Notes under the pieces: model-generated
The model's input: only the letters and a program-made list of their open reading frames with translations
What the model was told of the DNA's origin: nothing
Database searches by the model: none
Position numbers and translations under genes: made by a program
Shown here: positions 11,453 to 24,104 of the stretch, in pieces
Position numbering within the stretch: the first letter of the stretch is position 1
Layout of the letters: each line of letters starts with the position of its first letter
From: Octopus sinensis
Taxonomy: Eukaryota
Length of the DNA stretch: 64,000 bases
Assembly (NCBI RefSeq): GCF_006345805.1
Contig: NC_043022.1
Location: 496,001-560,000, forward strand
Direction: 5' to 3'

Positions 11453-12333
11453 TAAAGAGAGTCCTTTATACTATTCATGTTAATTATGCTGCTATTGTTT
11501 CGAATGCCCCGTGGGGAAATGTTTTACTCCGTGGGTCATGTAAGTGTTTTTAATTCTCTGTTAATTGTTGTTATTCATAAAGAGCACACGGGGAGAAGGG
11601 GGAGGAGGAGCAGCAACAACAACAAAAGCAACAAACTCCGCCACTCCACCGCCGCCGACACCAAATACTCAGCTATTCGTCGATCAATTTTCTCCTTCCC
11701 CCCGCTCCCCTCCATCTTTCACTTCTAACAACAACAACAACCTGCTGTGATCAACTTCCTCTCCCTGCATCTATGTGATATCCGCAATGGTGGATATCAA
11801 CTGCAGAATTGACATTTTCATTGACATCCCTTCTCTCTTCTATCGTTTTCTTTTCTTTACTTTTATTTCTCTCTTTCATTCTCCATTTCTTTCTTTTCCT
11901 TCTTCCTTTCTCTCTTTCCTTCAGGTTTCTTCCTTTTTCTTTTCCTTTCGTTCTTTTCTCATTTTCTTTTCTCTTCTTCACTTCCGATTAGTCTTACTTT
12001 CTTTTTCCTCCCCACCAACCTTCGTTTATATTCTTCTTTCTTCCTTTCTTTTCGTCCCTTTTTCCTATTTTCCTCCTACAACCACCACAGCCACCAACAT
12101 TCCCACCACCACCACTTTCCATCGGACCAAATTCTCCATTATTCTCATTAAAATAACATTACCCCGCTTGATTAATCAGAACCATCCGATCCTTTCGGTC
12201 TGTAAGTGTGTCTGTCTGTCTGTCTGTCTCTCTGTTTATCTCTGTCCCCGTTTCTCAACCTCCCTCTTCTTCTATATACACACATACATATATACATATT
12301 AATATATTTAGATATATGCAATTATATATATAT

Positions 12334-12380
<47 letters not shown>

Positions 12381-12443
12381 TATATATATTATATATATAT
12401 GCACATATATATATATGTGTGTGTGTGTATGTATGTATATATA

Positions 12444-12492
<49 letters not shown>

Positions 12493-13822
12493 ATATAATA
12501 TACAGGTATGTTATGCGTGCATGTTTGCATATCTATGTGGGTTTGTGTTATGTATGTAAACATATATGTGTGTATGTTGTATGTATGTGCTTGTGTATGC
12601 GTAGACGTTTCGCTAGCAGACATATAATTGCGATAAAGGGAGAAAAAAAGGGGGGGATGACACACATACACGCACACAAGACTGAATGAGATGGAGACAG
12701 AAAGAGAAGGGGACAGGAGGAGGATGCAGGTTGGGGGTTATGTCCCTTTACTGGTGGTACCACAGCGTCACACCACCCGCTCTCCGTTCCCCGTCGAACC
12801 AACCAATCATTCATCCAACCAGCCTACTTTCCCAACAAACTACTTATAGTAATCATTTCTATTTTATGTAATAACACACAACACACACACAGTATTTGTG
12901 TAAATTTAACCCCTAAAGGAATAATAATGTCGTTAACGATTCTTAACGCTAAAACAACTATAAGTAAAAAAAAACAAAAAAATTGCTAAAAAAAGAATAA
13001 AACTAATTAAACAAAAAAATACCCTAAAATAAAACCGGAAATTATTTCTAAACAGCGATTGCAGATAAATGAAAATACATTTTTCTCACTGTATCAGAAA
13101 AATAAAATATTTCAGGAAGCTGGCAAAAATTGTGTTCGGCCTCCAAACGTCCCCAATTCTCACCATTTCTCCCTTTCTACCTACCTACCTATCAACATAC
13201 CTACCTATCTATCTACCTACATGTCTACCTACCTGTCTGCATACCTACCTATCTATCTATCTGTCTATCGATCTATCTACATATCTATCTACTTACATAC
13301 TTATCTGTGTTTATCTATCCATCTGCCTATTTGTCTATACCTATATCTATCTACCTATCTATCTACCTGTCTACCTATCTCCCTACCTATATATCTCTCC
13401 TCTAGTCACATCTTTTATGCTTAAAGCTGATCTAGTTGCTGTCATATTGTTTCGTACTTTTTTTCTTTTTTCCTTTCATATTTCTTTTTAGTATATTTTG
13501 TTTTGTAGTTGTTTTTATTTTATATTTTATATTTATATTTTATTTCTCCATTTTTTCATTTTACTATTTTACATATCTTAGAAAACTTTTCTATACATTT
13601 TGTTTTTCTCTTTTTCTCTTTTGCTTGTTTGTTTTTGCATTTTCTGTTGCTCGCGTTTTCGGATGTGAAATTGTGGCTGTTATTTGTTGTCAAGAGATAA
13701 ATAGGTTTCCCTTATAAGATTAGTGAGTATGTATTTTGGACACACACATACACAAACATATATATATGGCACGTTGTATATCAATTTACCTAGCAATCTA
13801 TCTGTGTGTGTGTGTGCGTGCA

Positions 13823-14093
13823 TCTCTTATTATAAAAGGCAGATTTTATCTGCCTCCCTTTGGGAGTTATACAAATCTACAATATAGGATTTCTTCAATT
13901 ACAATTTACCAAGCATTTTTAAGAGTACAATGCATCGCGTCATGCCAGGTCCAGTTTTTAAAATTTAAACTCCAATTAAGCAAAATTTACAGAAAACTCA
14001 CATTCTGGTGTGTGTGTCAAATGCTTTTCTTAGTCTGGTTTACACCACACGCAAACGTACACACACAGTGGGCAACGAATAAAATGAAAGTAA
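13823..14093 (+). mobile_element. Young 271-bp repeat, probable Helitron-family 5' fragment (copy 1)
   Basis: Starts A|TCTCTTATTATAAAAGG with hairpin AGGCAGA-TTTTA-TCTGCCT; near-identical to 42550-42820 (3 substitutions counted by eye). Confidence 0.55.
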
Positions 14094-14233
14094 ATAGCGA
14101 CAGTGATTTGAGGAAGACTAAAGTGAAAGTATTCTCTCTATGACGATGATAGATACATGAGTAAAATGTATGGGAAGCTAAGAGCTAAGAGTGAGTGAAA
14201 ATGTTCTTGGAATAGAGTAATTAGTAATAAAGT

Positions 14234-14272
<39 letters not shown>

Positions 14273-14381
14273 ACACACACAGTATTGAAGCTTGAGAACA
14301 ATCAGATACATTTGCAACACATCTGTTGAAAATATTATTGTTCACACACATACATATACATATATACATACAGACAGATAG

Positions 14382-14409
<28 letters not shown>

Positions 14410-14412
<3 letters not shown>

Positions 14413-14840
14413 ATCCAGCATGGCCACAACCTCAAGGCTGAAACATATAAAAGAATAACAGAATATAAATGTGTGCAAAGTACAAGAAATATTAATGCAG
14501 TATATGGGGATTGGACAATAAGCGTAAGGCAGTGTCAATGGTGGTTCCAGAAATCCCGAGCCATAAACTACAGCCTAGAAGACGAGCCTCATCCTGAAAG
14601 ATCTGTAGAACTCGACAAGGACATCCTGAAAACCCTGGTGGAACAAAATATCATCGTAACTGTTGAGGAACTAGCAGAGAAGCTTGGATTTGGTCATTCA
14701 ACCATTCATTGACACCTGTGTGCTATCGGAAAAAGTCAGCAATGGGTCAATGGGTTCCTCACGAACTTTCCGAGTCTAATTGCATGCAGAGAGTGAATGT
14801 ATGCTTTTCTTTGCTGTCATATCTCACCACTACTGCGCTA
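14410..14840 (+). pseudogene. mariner transposase N-terminal fragment
   Basis: INAVYGDWTISVRQCQWWFQK..LEDEPHPERSVELD..TVEELAEKL..GQWVPHELSE (mariner WVPHEL motif); stop codon and frameshift present. Confidence 0.85.
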
Positions 14841-14846
14841 TGTATA

Positions 14847-15488
14847 TCTATATATATAAACTGTAGTTGTGTGGGTGTCTGTCCCCTTCGATTTAGATTC
14901 CTAACTACTACTCCCACATTTTGCGGTACAGTTTAAAACCAAATTCGGGTAGCTTATAGTCGTGATTCATATCGAGCCCGTCTGAATATTAGCGCGCGTC
15001 TACGATGAGTCTACGATTTAAAAATAATTTAACATCATTTTTTATTCCATTTTAATGCATAATTTTTCGTGTGTCGATGGCGGCGGAGTTGGCGTCCACG
15101 CTCACACCTGCACCTGTGGGGAAGGGAGTGTAAGGAAATCAACGTCGTAATGCGTTGTCAAGGAGACCAGTGTTCTTTTAGAACAACGACTTCATGGCTT
15201 GAAGACACCAAAACAGAATGGCTAACAAAGCGTCTACATGAGTCTACGATTTAAAAAAAAATTACCATCGTTTTTTTTTTTTCCATTTTAATGCATTTTT
15301 TCGCTATTATATAAGGGAAGTAACTCTCTAAAAATGTCTACGATGAGTCAACGATTTAAAAAAAAATTTACCATCATATTTTTTCCATTTTTAATGCATT
15401 TTTTGCTATTTTTTGGCTATAACTCTCTAAAAATGCTTATATAGTTATTTCCCTTACAAACCCGAGCAACGCCGGGCGATACTGCTAG
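14847..15488 (+). mobile_element. Non-autonomous Helitron
   Basis: A|TC 5' end (TCTATATATATAAACTG), 3' hairpin CCCG-AGCAACGC-CGGG, terminal CTAG|T; three internal copies of GTCTACGATGAGTCTACGATTTAAAA. Confidence 0.8.
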
Positions 15489-15539
15489 TGGGCATATAAA
15501 CGGAAAGCATGTACATCACAGCATCGGGTGTTTTCTCTT

Positions 15540-15785
15540 GTAAAGTAACCTTCTCGAGTCATGCCGACTCATATAGGCCGGTTTCCCCGGCGAATAAATT
15601 CCTCACCTGGACGGGACGCCGGGCCATCGCAGGATTACTCCTATTTGCCAGCTGAGTGGACTGGAGCAACGCGAAATGAAGTGTTTCGCTCAAAAACACA
15701 ACGCATCGCCTTGTCCAGGAATTGAAACCACACAATCCTTCGATTACGCGATCAACACACTAACCACTAAACCATGCTCCGCCAC
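15540..15785 (-). mobile_element. SINE family C (subtype 1)
   Basis: Matches 1-190; minus-strand tail GAGTCGGCATGACTCGAGAAGG. Confidence 0.75.
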
Positions 15786-16102
15786 TGTTCGGTGTAGTAC
15801 AAAATAATGAATGTTTTCGTAAAAGTAATTTATTGCCTCGAATCTCACGTTTATTTTAATGCTTATATTTAACAATTCTATAAACGTATGGTTTATTAGA
15901 AACTGCTTCATACGTGGTTGTTGTCTTCTTCTTCCTCCAATAAGGACTCACGCCATCAGCCACAAAGAATAATCTCTAATTCGAGCCTACTCTAAGCTAC
16001 TAAAAGTGCGTGTGGCAACTTGAAGATCCACCCACCACACGCGATAGACTGGCGGTTGCACGGGCGCGAAAGCTACGTTGTTATCCTCATTCCGTAAACG
16101 GT

Positions 16103-16402
16103 GGCTTTTAACGGGTGGAGAGCTCAACGATCCTGGGGTACAGAGGATTCGCAATCTGGAGTACGGTCTGAAAGTTTACCACACCATAGTGGGTTACACC
16201 ATGGCCTTTCTGCTTTGTGGCAGAAGTAGGAAGAAAGAGTGAGAGAAAGTTGTGGTGAAAGAGTACAGCGGGGTTCACCACTACCCCCCCCCCTCGCCAG
16301 AGACTCGTGGAGCTTAGGTGTTTTTGCTCAATAAACACTCACAATACCCGGACCGGGAATCGAAACCGCGTTCTTACAACCGCGAGTCCTCTGCCCTAAT
16401 CA
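16103..16402 (-). mobile_element. SINE family C (subtype 2)
   Basis: Minus-strand head TGGAGACGCAATGGTACAGTGATTAGGG..GGTTTCGATTCCCGG; body matches 57214-57595. Confidence 0.8.
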
Positions 16403-16784
16403 CTGTACCATTGCGTCTCCACTGTTGTTGTTGTTGTTGACATTGTTGTCGATGTTACCGTTTAGTCCCTAATTGAACTTGACCAAGCAAGTTTATCGTC
16501 AGAAGTTCCGCGCTTTAACCACTAAGTTCATAGCCAAAGTAGCTACGAACCTTTACGAGCGCGAGGTCGTGATTCCGATTCCCGGACGACGCGGTGCGTT
16601 ATGCTCCCGTGCAAAACATTTCCCTCTGGTGGGACTCTAGGATCGCTTCAAACACTTGATGCGTGGTATACCGTGCATCCATACATGCAGTGCCCATTCG
16701 ATGGCGGTAGTGCGCCAATGTGTAGCACAAACATTTGATCATTATACACAAATTGCAAGAAATCACACACACACACACATATAA

Positions 16785-17059
16785 AAGATGGAGGTGGAGA
16801 TAAACACAGAAGTAAATCTAAGACATTTCAGTTTAAGAAGGTATTTAATAAAAAGGATTTTTAAAAATTATATAAAGAAAATATAACCGGTCTCGATAAT
16901 AAATTTCAGCTTATCAAATATCAGTAAAAATTTATAAAAATTTAAAATAGAAACAGCTTATCTTCTGTCGAGGGGAACAATTTTAAAAATCATTTTTATT
17001 AAATTCCTTCTTAGATTGAAACATCTTAGATCTACTCCTGTGCTATTTCCACCTCCATC

Positions 17060-17061
<2 letters not shown>
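16785..17061. repeat. ~280-bp foldback element, arms about 85 bp
   Basis: AAGATGGAGGTGGAGATAAACACAGAAGTAAATCTAAG.. is the reverse complement of ..CTTAGATCTACTCCTGTGCTATTTCCACCTCCATCTT. Confidence 0.8.
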
Positions 17062-17124
<63 letters not shown>

Positions 17125-17345
17125 TTCTTGCTGAACAACCTGCACAAGTAATTTGTAACTGAAAAAGGCCATCGTAACGCTTGCACATCTATAAAAGCAA
17201 AGCCCGCACACATTTTGTGAAATCTCTTTCCAAAGGTTAAAGTGTCTTTCGACTTTCTAAAAGGTTCTTTTCTCATTCTTAACTCTTTGAGAAAAAGTCT
17301 TCTCTCCAATATTATAACTGAACCAAGGAATTTCCAAACACTAAT

Positions 17346-17403
<58 letters not shown>

Positions 17404-17409
17404 GTGTGT

Positions 17410-17722
17410 GTGTCTGTATCTGCGTTTGTCCCCTATCAGCGTTTGGCAACCGGTGTTGGCATGTTTACGTCCCCGTAACTTAGCGGTTCAGCAAAAGAAA
17501 CAAATTGAATAAGTACTAGGCTTAAAAAATGTCATGCGGTCGATTTGTTCGACTAAAACCCCTTAAGGCCGAGCTCCAGCATGGCCGTAGTGAAATGACT
17601 GGAACAAGTGAAAATATAAAAGTATACATATATATATATACACACACGCACACACACACACATAAATACATGTAGTAAAAAAATATAAAAAGGAAAATGC
17701 ACAGAAATTTTGTTTGACGAAG

Positions 17723-17758
<36 letters not shown>

Positions 17759-17975
17759 CTTTATATCTCTGCTTGTCGCCCCCCCCCCAGCAACGCTTGA
17801 CAACCGGTGATGGTGTCTTCACGCTCCGTAACTTAGCGGTTCAGCGAACAAGACCGATAGAATAAGTACTAAGCTTAAAAAGAAGAGTATTGAGGTTGTT
17901 TCGTGAGACTAAACTCCTTCGAGGCGGTGACCGAGCATGGCCGCTGCCCTGGAAGAGGTAAAACATAAAAGAATA
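17410..17975 (+). mobile_element. Two SINE family A 3' halves in tandem
   Basis: GTTTACGTCCCCGTAACTTAGCGGTTCAGC..CCAGCATGGCCG blocks at 17410-17620 and 17760-17975. Confidence 0.8.
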
Positions 17976-18132
17976 GATAACTCAGACACGCCATCCGCAC
18001 GAAAAAAAATAGCTAAGTTTATGTTACTATATCTAATGCGATTAACATGGAAAAACTAAGTGGCGTTCATGATGTAGGGAGGAAGAAAACTCATTAAATG
18101 CTATTTGATTATTATTTAATTATTTAGTAAAA

Positions 18133-18166
18133 TCCGACGTTTCGGATTGACAAACCTCGTCAGGAA
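18133..18166 (-). ncRNA. Minimal type I hammerhead ribozyme motif (Penelope-type)
   Basis: Minus strand TTC-CTGACGA-GG TTTGTCAAT CC-GAAAC-GTC-GGA: intact core, GUC cleavage site, short stem I, ACGT palindromic stem III. Confidence 0.55.
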
Positions 18167-19019
18167 AAAGCTGACAAGAAAGAAATTAGTGAGAATCAGC
18201 AGAGTTGGCAGCGTCTGAGTTAGAAGTAGCTGCTACATTACCCAATACATCCTTCCTTTCACTAGATGTGTGATTTGAAGCAGATTTGGCTGCTATGTTT
18301 AGTAGGTCGGCAACCATGCAGATGATCGCGCGTTGTTGTCGCTGCTTGTTTTTTTGCTGAACCCTCGGTCATCTTTTATCGAACAAACTTACAATCAAAA
18401 CATCGTTTACATATTTCATTTTCAAGATTCTAGATGTGAATTCGTGTGCTGAAACAAACTTTGTGTTGTTTTGGGAGGGTCATTGCACCAATAATAATAA
18501 ATACACACGCTGGTTCAATATCACTTTTTTGATTATTAATCACTTGGTTAAATATTCAACCAATCGTTTGTTTAACGTGCAGTTTAAACAATCAATCGGT
18601 TGTTTTTAGGTCAAAGTTCGCGACCTTTTCAGTGATTTAGTATATTCCCCCTCTCACTCAAAGGTCTGCTCTACGCCTGTATGTATGCATGCTCACATGT
18701 GCATGTAGGTAGATATTTGACTAACAAACTGTTGATATATTGTTTATCCATCACATTAAACAATCTGTTGAATAGATTTTTAACCACTCGACTAACAATA
18801 GAGAAGTGGAAATGAGTCTGTGCGTGTGTTATTATTGGCATAATGACTCTCCCATGACACGACAAAACTATAATCAGAATCTACTCAGCTTTGATCTTTC
18901 TATCTCTATTTCAAATATAACCCTGTGTAACATGATTTTTGTCCTTGGCTAGTAATTGTTATTTCCTATTTGCTTACCCCTGGAAAGTTTGAAAAATGGC
19001 TAATGTGTCCTTCAAACGT

Positions 19020-19580
19020 TGCTTCTATTACATTTATTCAAACCTCAAAGAAGCTCTCTCAGCACATGGCTATGATGCTCCTCCACTACTACTGCTCATG
19101 ATCTGAGATACACATATAGTCATCCAGTAAGGCACATGTTCAAGTGATTACAGTCAAGCAACTGACAAAGCAAATCTGTGGGATTGTGCATAATATTTGC
19201 CATAACGATATTTCTGCTTCAGCAACTCGGTGCTGAAATGTAATTGAAAATGGGTCAGTTTCAAAACATTGCTGTCCATGTGACAAGAGCAAATGTGAAG
19301 AGAACAGTTGTCATTTCCTTTGATTTCTAGATAGAAGCAAATAAGAAATAACGCTTACTGACCAAAGACAAGGAAATCTGTGGTCCTGAGCAGAATATTT
19401 GCTATAGTGATATTTCTGCTTCAGCAACTCAGCGTTGAGTCTGTCTGAAATGTAATGGAAAATAGGTTAGTTACAAAACATTGATGTCTGGGTCACAAAA
19501 GCAAAGTTTGAAGGGAATGGTAGTCATTTCCTTTGATTTTCTAGATAGGAGCAAGTAAGCAATAATACTTACTGGCCAAA
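19020..19580 (+). repeat. Diverged relative of the (ATT)n-flanked element, with an internal ~190-bp tandem duplication
   Basis: CACATGGCTATGATGCTC..CAACTGACAAAGCAAATCTGTGG matches 61590-61730; 19190-19380 is repeated at 19390-19580. Confidence 0.65.
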
Positions 19581-19984
19581 GGGAGAAAAAAAGAATCGAA
19601 ACATTTTGTTACAATGTGTAACATATCAAGACAACATCACTCAATATATCACTTTTTTCTAGAACTATAAGATAAGGGTTCTGGGAGATTCCCTTACTAC
19701 TTCTATCGAGGAATTTCTGGTTATAATTCCAGTTCTAATTATTGATGGTTTTAGCGGTTGTAGTATTATTACTGAAACGGTGGTGGAATTTTGTTGTATG
19801 ATTGGCCCTATTGCAAAGAGAGGGAGCCACCAGCAAGTTATGTAGTTTTTATTTAATTTTTTTAGTACATTATTTCATTTATTTTTATTTATTTATTGAA
19901 AATGGCTTCAAATCTTTCATCGACTCCAAAGTAATGCAACCAGGAAGAGTTGTTTTAAGTCAGTGATTATTTATGGCGTGCTCT

Positions 19985-20006
19985 CATCTTTCCCATTATG
20001 TATGTA

Positions 20007-20053
<47 letters not shown>

Positions 20054-21183
20054 ATATGTATATATATATCTGTATATATATACATACATATATACATACA
20101 TACATACATACATATATACATACATACATACATACATATATATATACATACATACATATATACATACATACATATATACATATACATACATATATACTAT
20201 ACATACATACATACATATACATACATACATATATACATATACATACATACATATATACATATACATACATGCATATATATATGTATATATATATATACAT
20301 ATATGTGTATATATATATACATGATGCATATATGTATATACGCACACACCTACGTGAGAACACACACACATACATATACATGTATATATGTGTATGTGTG
20401 TGTGTATGTATTTATATGTATGTGTGTGTATATATGTGTGTGTGTGTTTACATATATATATTTACACACGCATATATTTGCCAACACACACACACACACA
20501 TATATTAATGTGTGTGTGTGTGTTGGCAAATATATACTTCCACATACATATGTTTATATGTATGTATATATATGTATACCTGTATATGTGTATATGTATG
20601 TATGTATTTATGCATGCATACATGTATGTGTCTATGTAATGCATGTATATTTGTATGTATGCGTGCATGCTCCTATGTACGTTCGTACATTTGTGTGTAC
20701 ATATGTATGTATGTATTATGTATGCGTATATGTGTGTGTATGTGTGTGTATGTGTTTGTCTCTGTGTGCCTGTATTAACTAAAGAGAAAAAGAAAGATTT
20801 TGTGTATTTACGTTTTGGCGAGAGAACGTTTATCTCGACGGCAGATAAGGTTTGAGATCAACCGATAAGATAGGCTCTGCAAGGCAACCATTAAATAAAG
20901 CACCAGGACCGTGTACCACGTGTTACCCACAATGCATTGGGCTCGTGTTACTCTAGTTTATAACTTAAATCCCAAGAGTGATTATTGTACATACATACAG
21001 ACACAATGCATTCAATATATATATACTTAAATAAATACATACATACACACGAGACATATATACATACATTCATATGATATATGTTGATACATATTACACA
21101 CCTACACACACACACACGTAAATACATCTATATACATACATGCCTATAAACACATACGTGTGTGTGTGTGTGTGTTTATATAT

Positions 21184-21226
<43 letters not shown>

Positions 21227-21317
21227 TGCATACATATATATCATAAGTATATACATATATCTGTGTATGTATGTATATATATATATTAGTATGTATATAT
21301 ATATCTATATAATATGC

Positions 21318-21355
<38 letters not shown>

Positions 21356-21470
21356 GCATATGTCCGTAATGTGAGGGCAGAGGGAGTTGTGTGCGTTGTG
21401 TGTGTTTGTATATGTGTAAATGTATGTGTATGTGGTCGGGTGTCTGTATGTGTATTATAGTTTTCCTCCA
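19985..21470. repeat. Compound (AT/AC/ATAC)n microsatellite field
   Basis: Near-continuous TA/CA/TATG repeats; source of the YI/HT ORF artefacts. Confidence 0.9.
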
Positions 21471-21528
21471 TTTTGTGTTGAATTTTCTTTACGATAAGAG
21501 AAAGATATGACAAAATCTGAGTATTAAT

Positions 21529-21628
21529 NNNNNNNNNNNNNNNNNNNNNNNNNNNNNNNNNNNNNNNNNNNNNNNNNNNNNNNNNNNNNNNNNNNNNNNN
21601 NNNNNNNNNNNNNNNNNNNNNNNNNNNN
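21529..21628. other. Assembly gap (100 N)
   Basis: Run of N bases. Confidence 0.99.
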
Positions 21629-21945
21629 TTGTGAGTGGATTGGTAGGCGGAAACTGAAAGAGGTCCATCGTGTGTGTATATGTGTGTGTGTGTGTATGTT
21701 TGTGTATGTGTGTCTGCCTGTCTGTGTTTCGTGTTTGTCCCCACTACTGCTTGACAACCGGTGTTGGTATGCTTACGTCCTGTAACTTAGCGGTTCAGCA
21801 AAAGAGACTTATAGAATAAGTACCAGGCTTTAAAAAAAAAGAAAATAATACTAGAGTCGATTCATTTGACTTTAAAAAATTCTTCAGTACGGTGCCCCAG
21901 CATGGCCGCAGTCTAATGACTGAAACGAGTACAAGACTAAAGATA
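21629..21945 (+). mobile_element. SINE family A (head lost in the gap)
   Basis: TTGTGAGTGGAT..GGAAACTGAAAGA, (GT)n spacer, tail CGGTGCCCCAGCATGGCCGCAGTCTAATGACTGAAAC. Confidence 0.85.
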
Positions 21946-22841
21946 TATAAATAAATAAACAAATTAATAAACAAACAAACGGGTGACCACCTTTCACAGG
22001 ATTTACACCGTACGGGTATATGTCTGCGACATGCGCACGTGCACAAACACACACGTCCTCACGCCCCTGCAAAATCGGCACCACATCACACAAGCGCACA
22101 TGCACAGGTACCCTTGACTCTTGTCTTTTCTTTTATCTCTTTCTCTTCCCACCTCTCTCTCTCTCTCTCTCTCACTCTCTCACTCACTCTCTACCTCTTC
22201 AACACTCTTTTTAATCCTGTAATTCCTCTCTTCATGCCTCTAACATTTCTCTATTTCTCTTCACCTCTCACTTCCACTCACCACATAAGTGACAGCAAAA
22301 CGCAACGACTGCCTATCTGCTGTCTCACTCACTCTCACATTCCCTCTTCCTCTCTTTCACTCCACCTACTCCTCCTCTCTGACAAACTAAATCGTAATGT
22401 GTGAACGAACAGATAGAAGAATAATATAGATTTAGTTCAATAAAAAAAATACTTTCCACTATCAACACACCACCACTACCACCTCTACCATCATGGCCTA
22501 TAGTTTTCAGTAACAAAACTCATTTCATTTCAGTTCAGCTCTTGTTTATATCTTACTTTTTCTTACTGACCACGTATCTCTACTCTGACAATACAAACGC
22601 TATCTGCCTCTCTCTCTCTCTCTATCTATCTCCGGAACATCACCCTCTGCTAAATGTTGTATCCTAAACACATCGCTTTCTGTTCACCTTTCCCTTCCCA
22701 TCCTACAGCACGCCATGAACACTTCTCTACATCTTTTCTCTCACCGTCTTTTCTCTTAGTGTATTGTATTAGTATACTCCTCTCTTCTTTCTTCCCTACT
22801 CACATTCATCCTATCTCTCTCTCTCTCTCTTCTCTCTCTCT

Positions 22842-22876
<35 letters not shown>

Positions 22877-22914
22877 CTATCTATCACCCCACCACCCCTC
22901 TAACTAACTATGTC

Positions 22915-23070
22915 ACCGTAACTTAGCGACTCGGCAAAGGAGAACGATATAATAAGTACCAGGCTTTGCAAAATCGTTAGTCCTGGATTCGATTCATTCG
23001 ACTGAAATCCTTCAAGGCGGTGCCCCAGCATGACCGCAGTCTAATTATTGAAATAAGTAACAGAATACTA
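22915..23070 (+). mobile_element. SINE family A 3' fragment
   Basis: CCGTAACTTAGCG..AATAAGTACCAGGC..GGCGGTGCCCCAGCATGACCGCAG. Confidence 0.75.
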
Positions 23071-23682
23071 ATAAAGAAGTGAAATATAACCAGCGTGCCT
23101 TATTGGCATAATCACCCTCCCAATAGACAAGAAAAGGAAATGGCGGGGATTATATAAGAAATTACTGGAATAGATTCGTAAATATATAAGGTTTGCAGCG
23201 AAGTATGTTCAACTCAGAAGAGATATGGAGGAAAAGATGTGTTCGTTTCGTTTAAATTCAAATGTGAATTTACAAACGGAATGTCTGTTTGTCGGTTATC
23301 TGGCGGATGGGGGTAGGGTGAGGGAATGGATGTAAAACACCCGAAAGGAGAAAATTTATGAAGTTAATTGAAGAAATAGATAGGAAAGGGACAGGAGAAA
23401 TAATTTGTGCTCCGGCAAGATATAACTTTTATGGTTTTGTGGTGTGTGTGTCTGTGTGTTTACATGCAGACATAAATATATGCGGACATACACATTTAGA
23501 CAGACAGATGCACACCAGACAGCAGGCGACGAGCAGATGTAATCGCAGCAGGGAGAGTGCAACCGTTGCAAACATAAAATGCATAGATGTGCATACACAA
23601 ACACGCTCATACATGCATATATATTATACATGTATTTTTACATATACATATATATAAGTACTATACATATAATATAAATGCA

Positions 23683-24007
23683 TCTATATATATATATATA
23701 TAAAGCTGAAGTTGTCTGTGTGTGGCAGGTTTCGTAGCCTTCAACTAACACTATCTCCCCCGAGACCCTGCGGTGCAAGTTTTAACAAAATTGAGAGTAT
23801 GATAGAAGAAGGCTTGCTCTTCCTTCCGTATGAAAATCCCTATTTTTTACGATTTTTTGACTGCTGTGTCGCCATTTTTCGGTGTATTTCAACCGAAAAA
23901 TGTTCACTTAACAAGCTACATAATGCAAAATTTTTACTTTTCAAAAATTCCAATTCTAAAGGGTTGTAAAGAAAACAAACCCGAGCAACGCCGGGCGATA
24001 CTGCTAG
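23683..24007 (+). mobile_element. Non-autonomous Helitron (same 3' terminus as 14847-15488)
   Basis: A|TCTATATA..AAAGCTG 5' end; 3' AAACCCGAGCAACGCCGGGCGATACTGCTAG identical to the copy ending at 15488; internal sequence differs. Confidence 0.8.
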
Positions 24008-24012
24008 ATATC

Positions 24013-24073
<61 letters not shown>

Positions 24074-24104
24074 CTTCACATATACACACATACATTTATA
24101 TATA

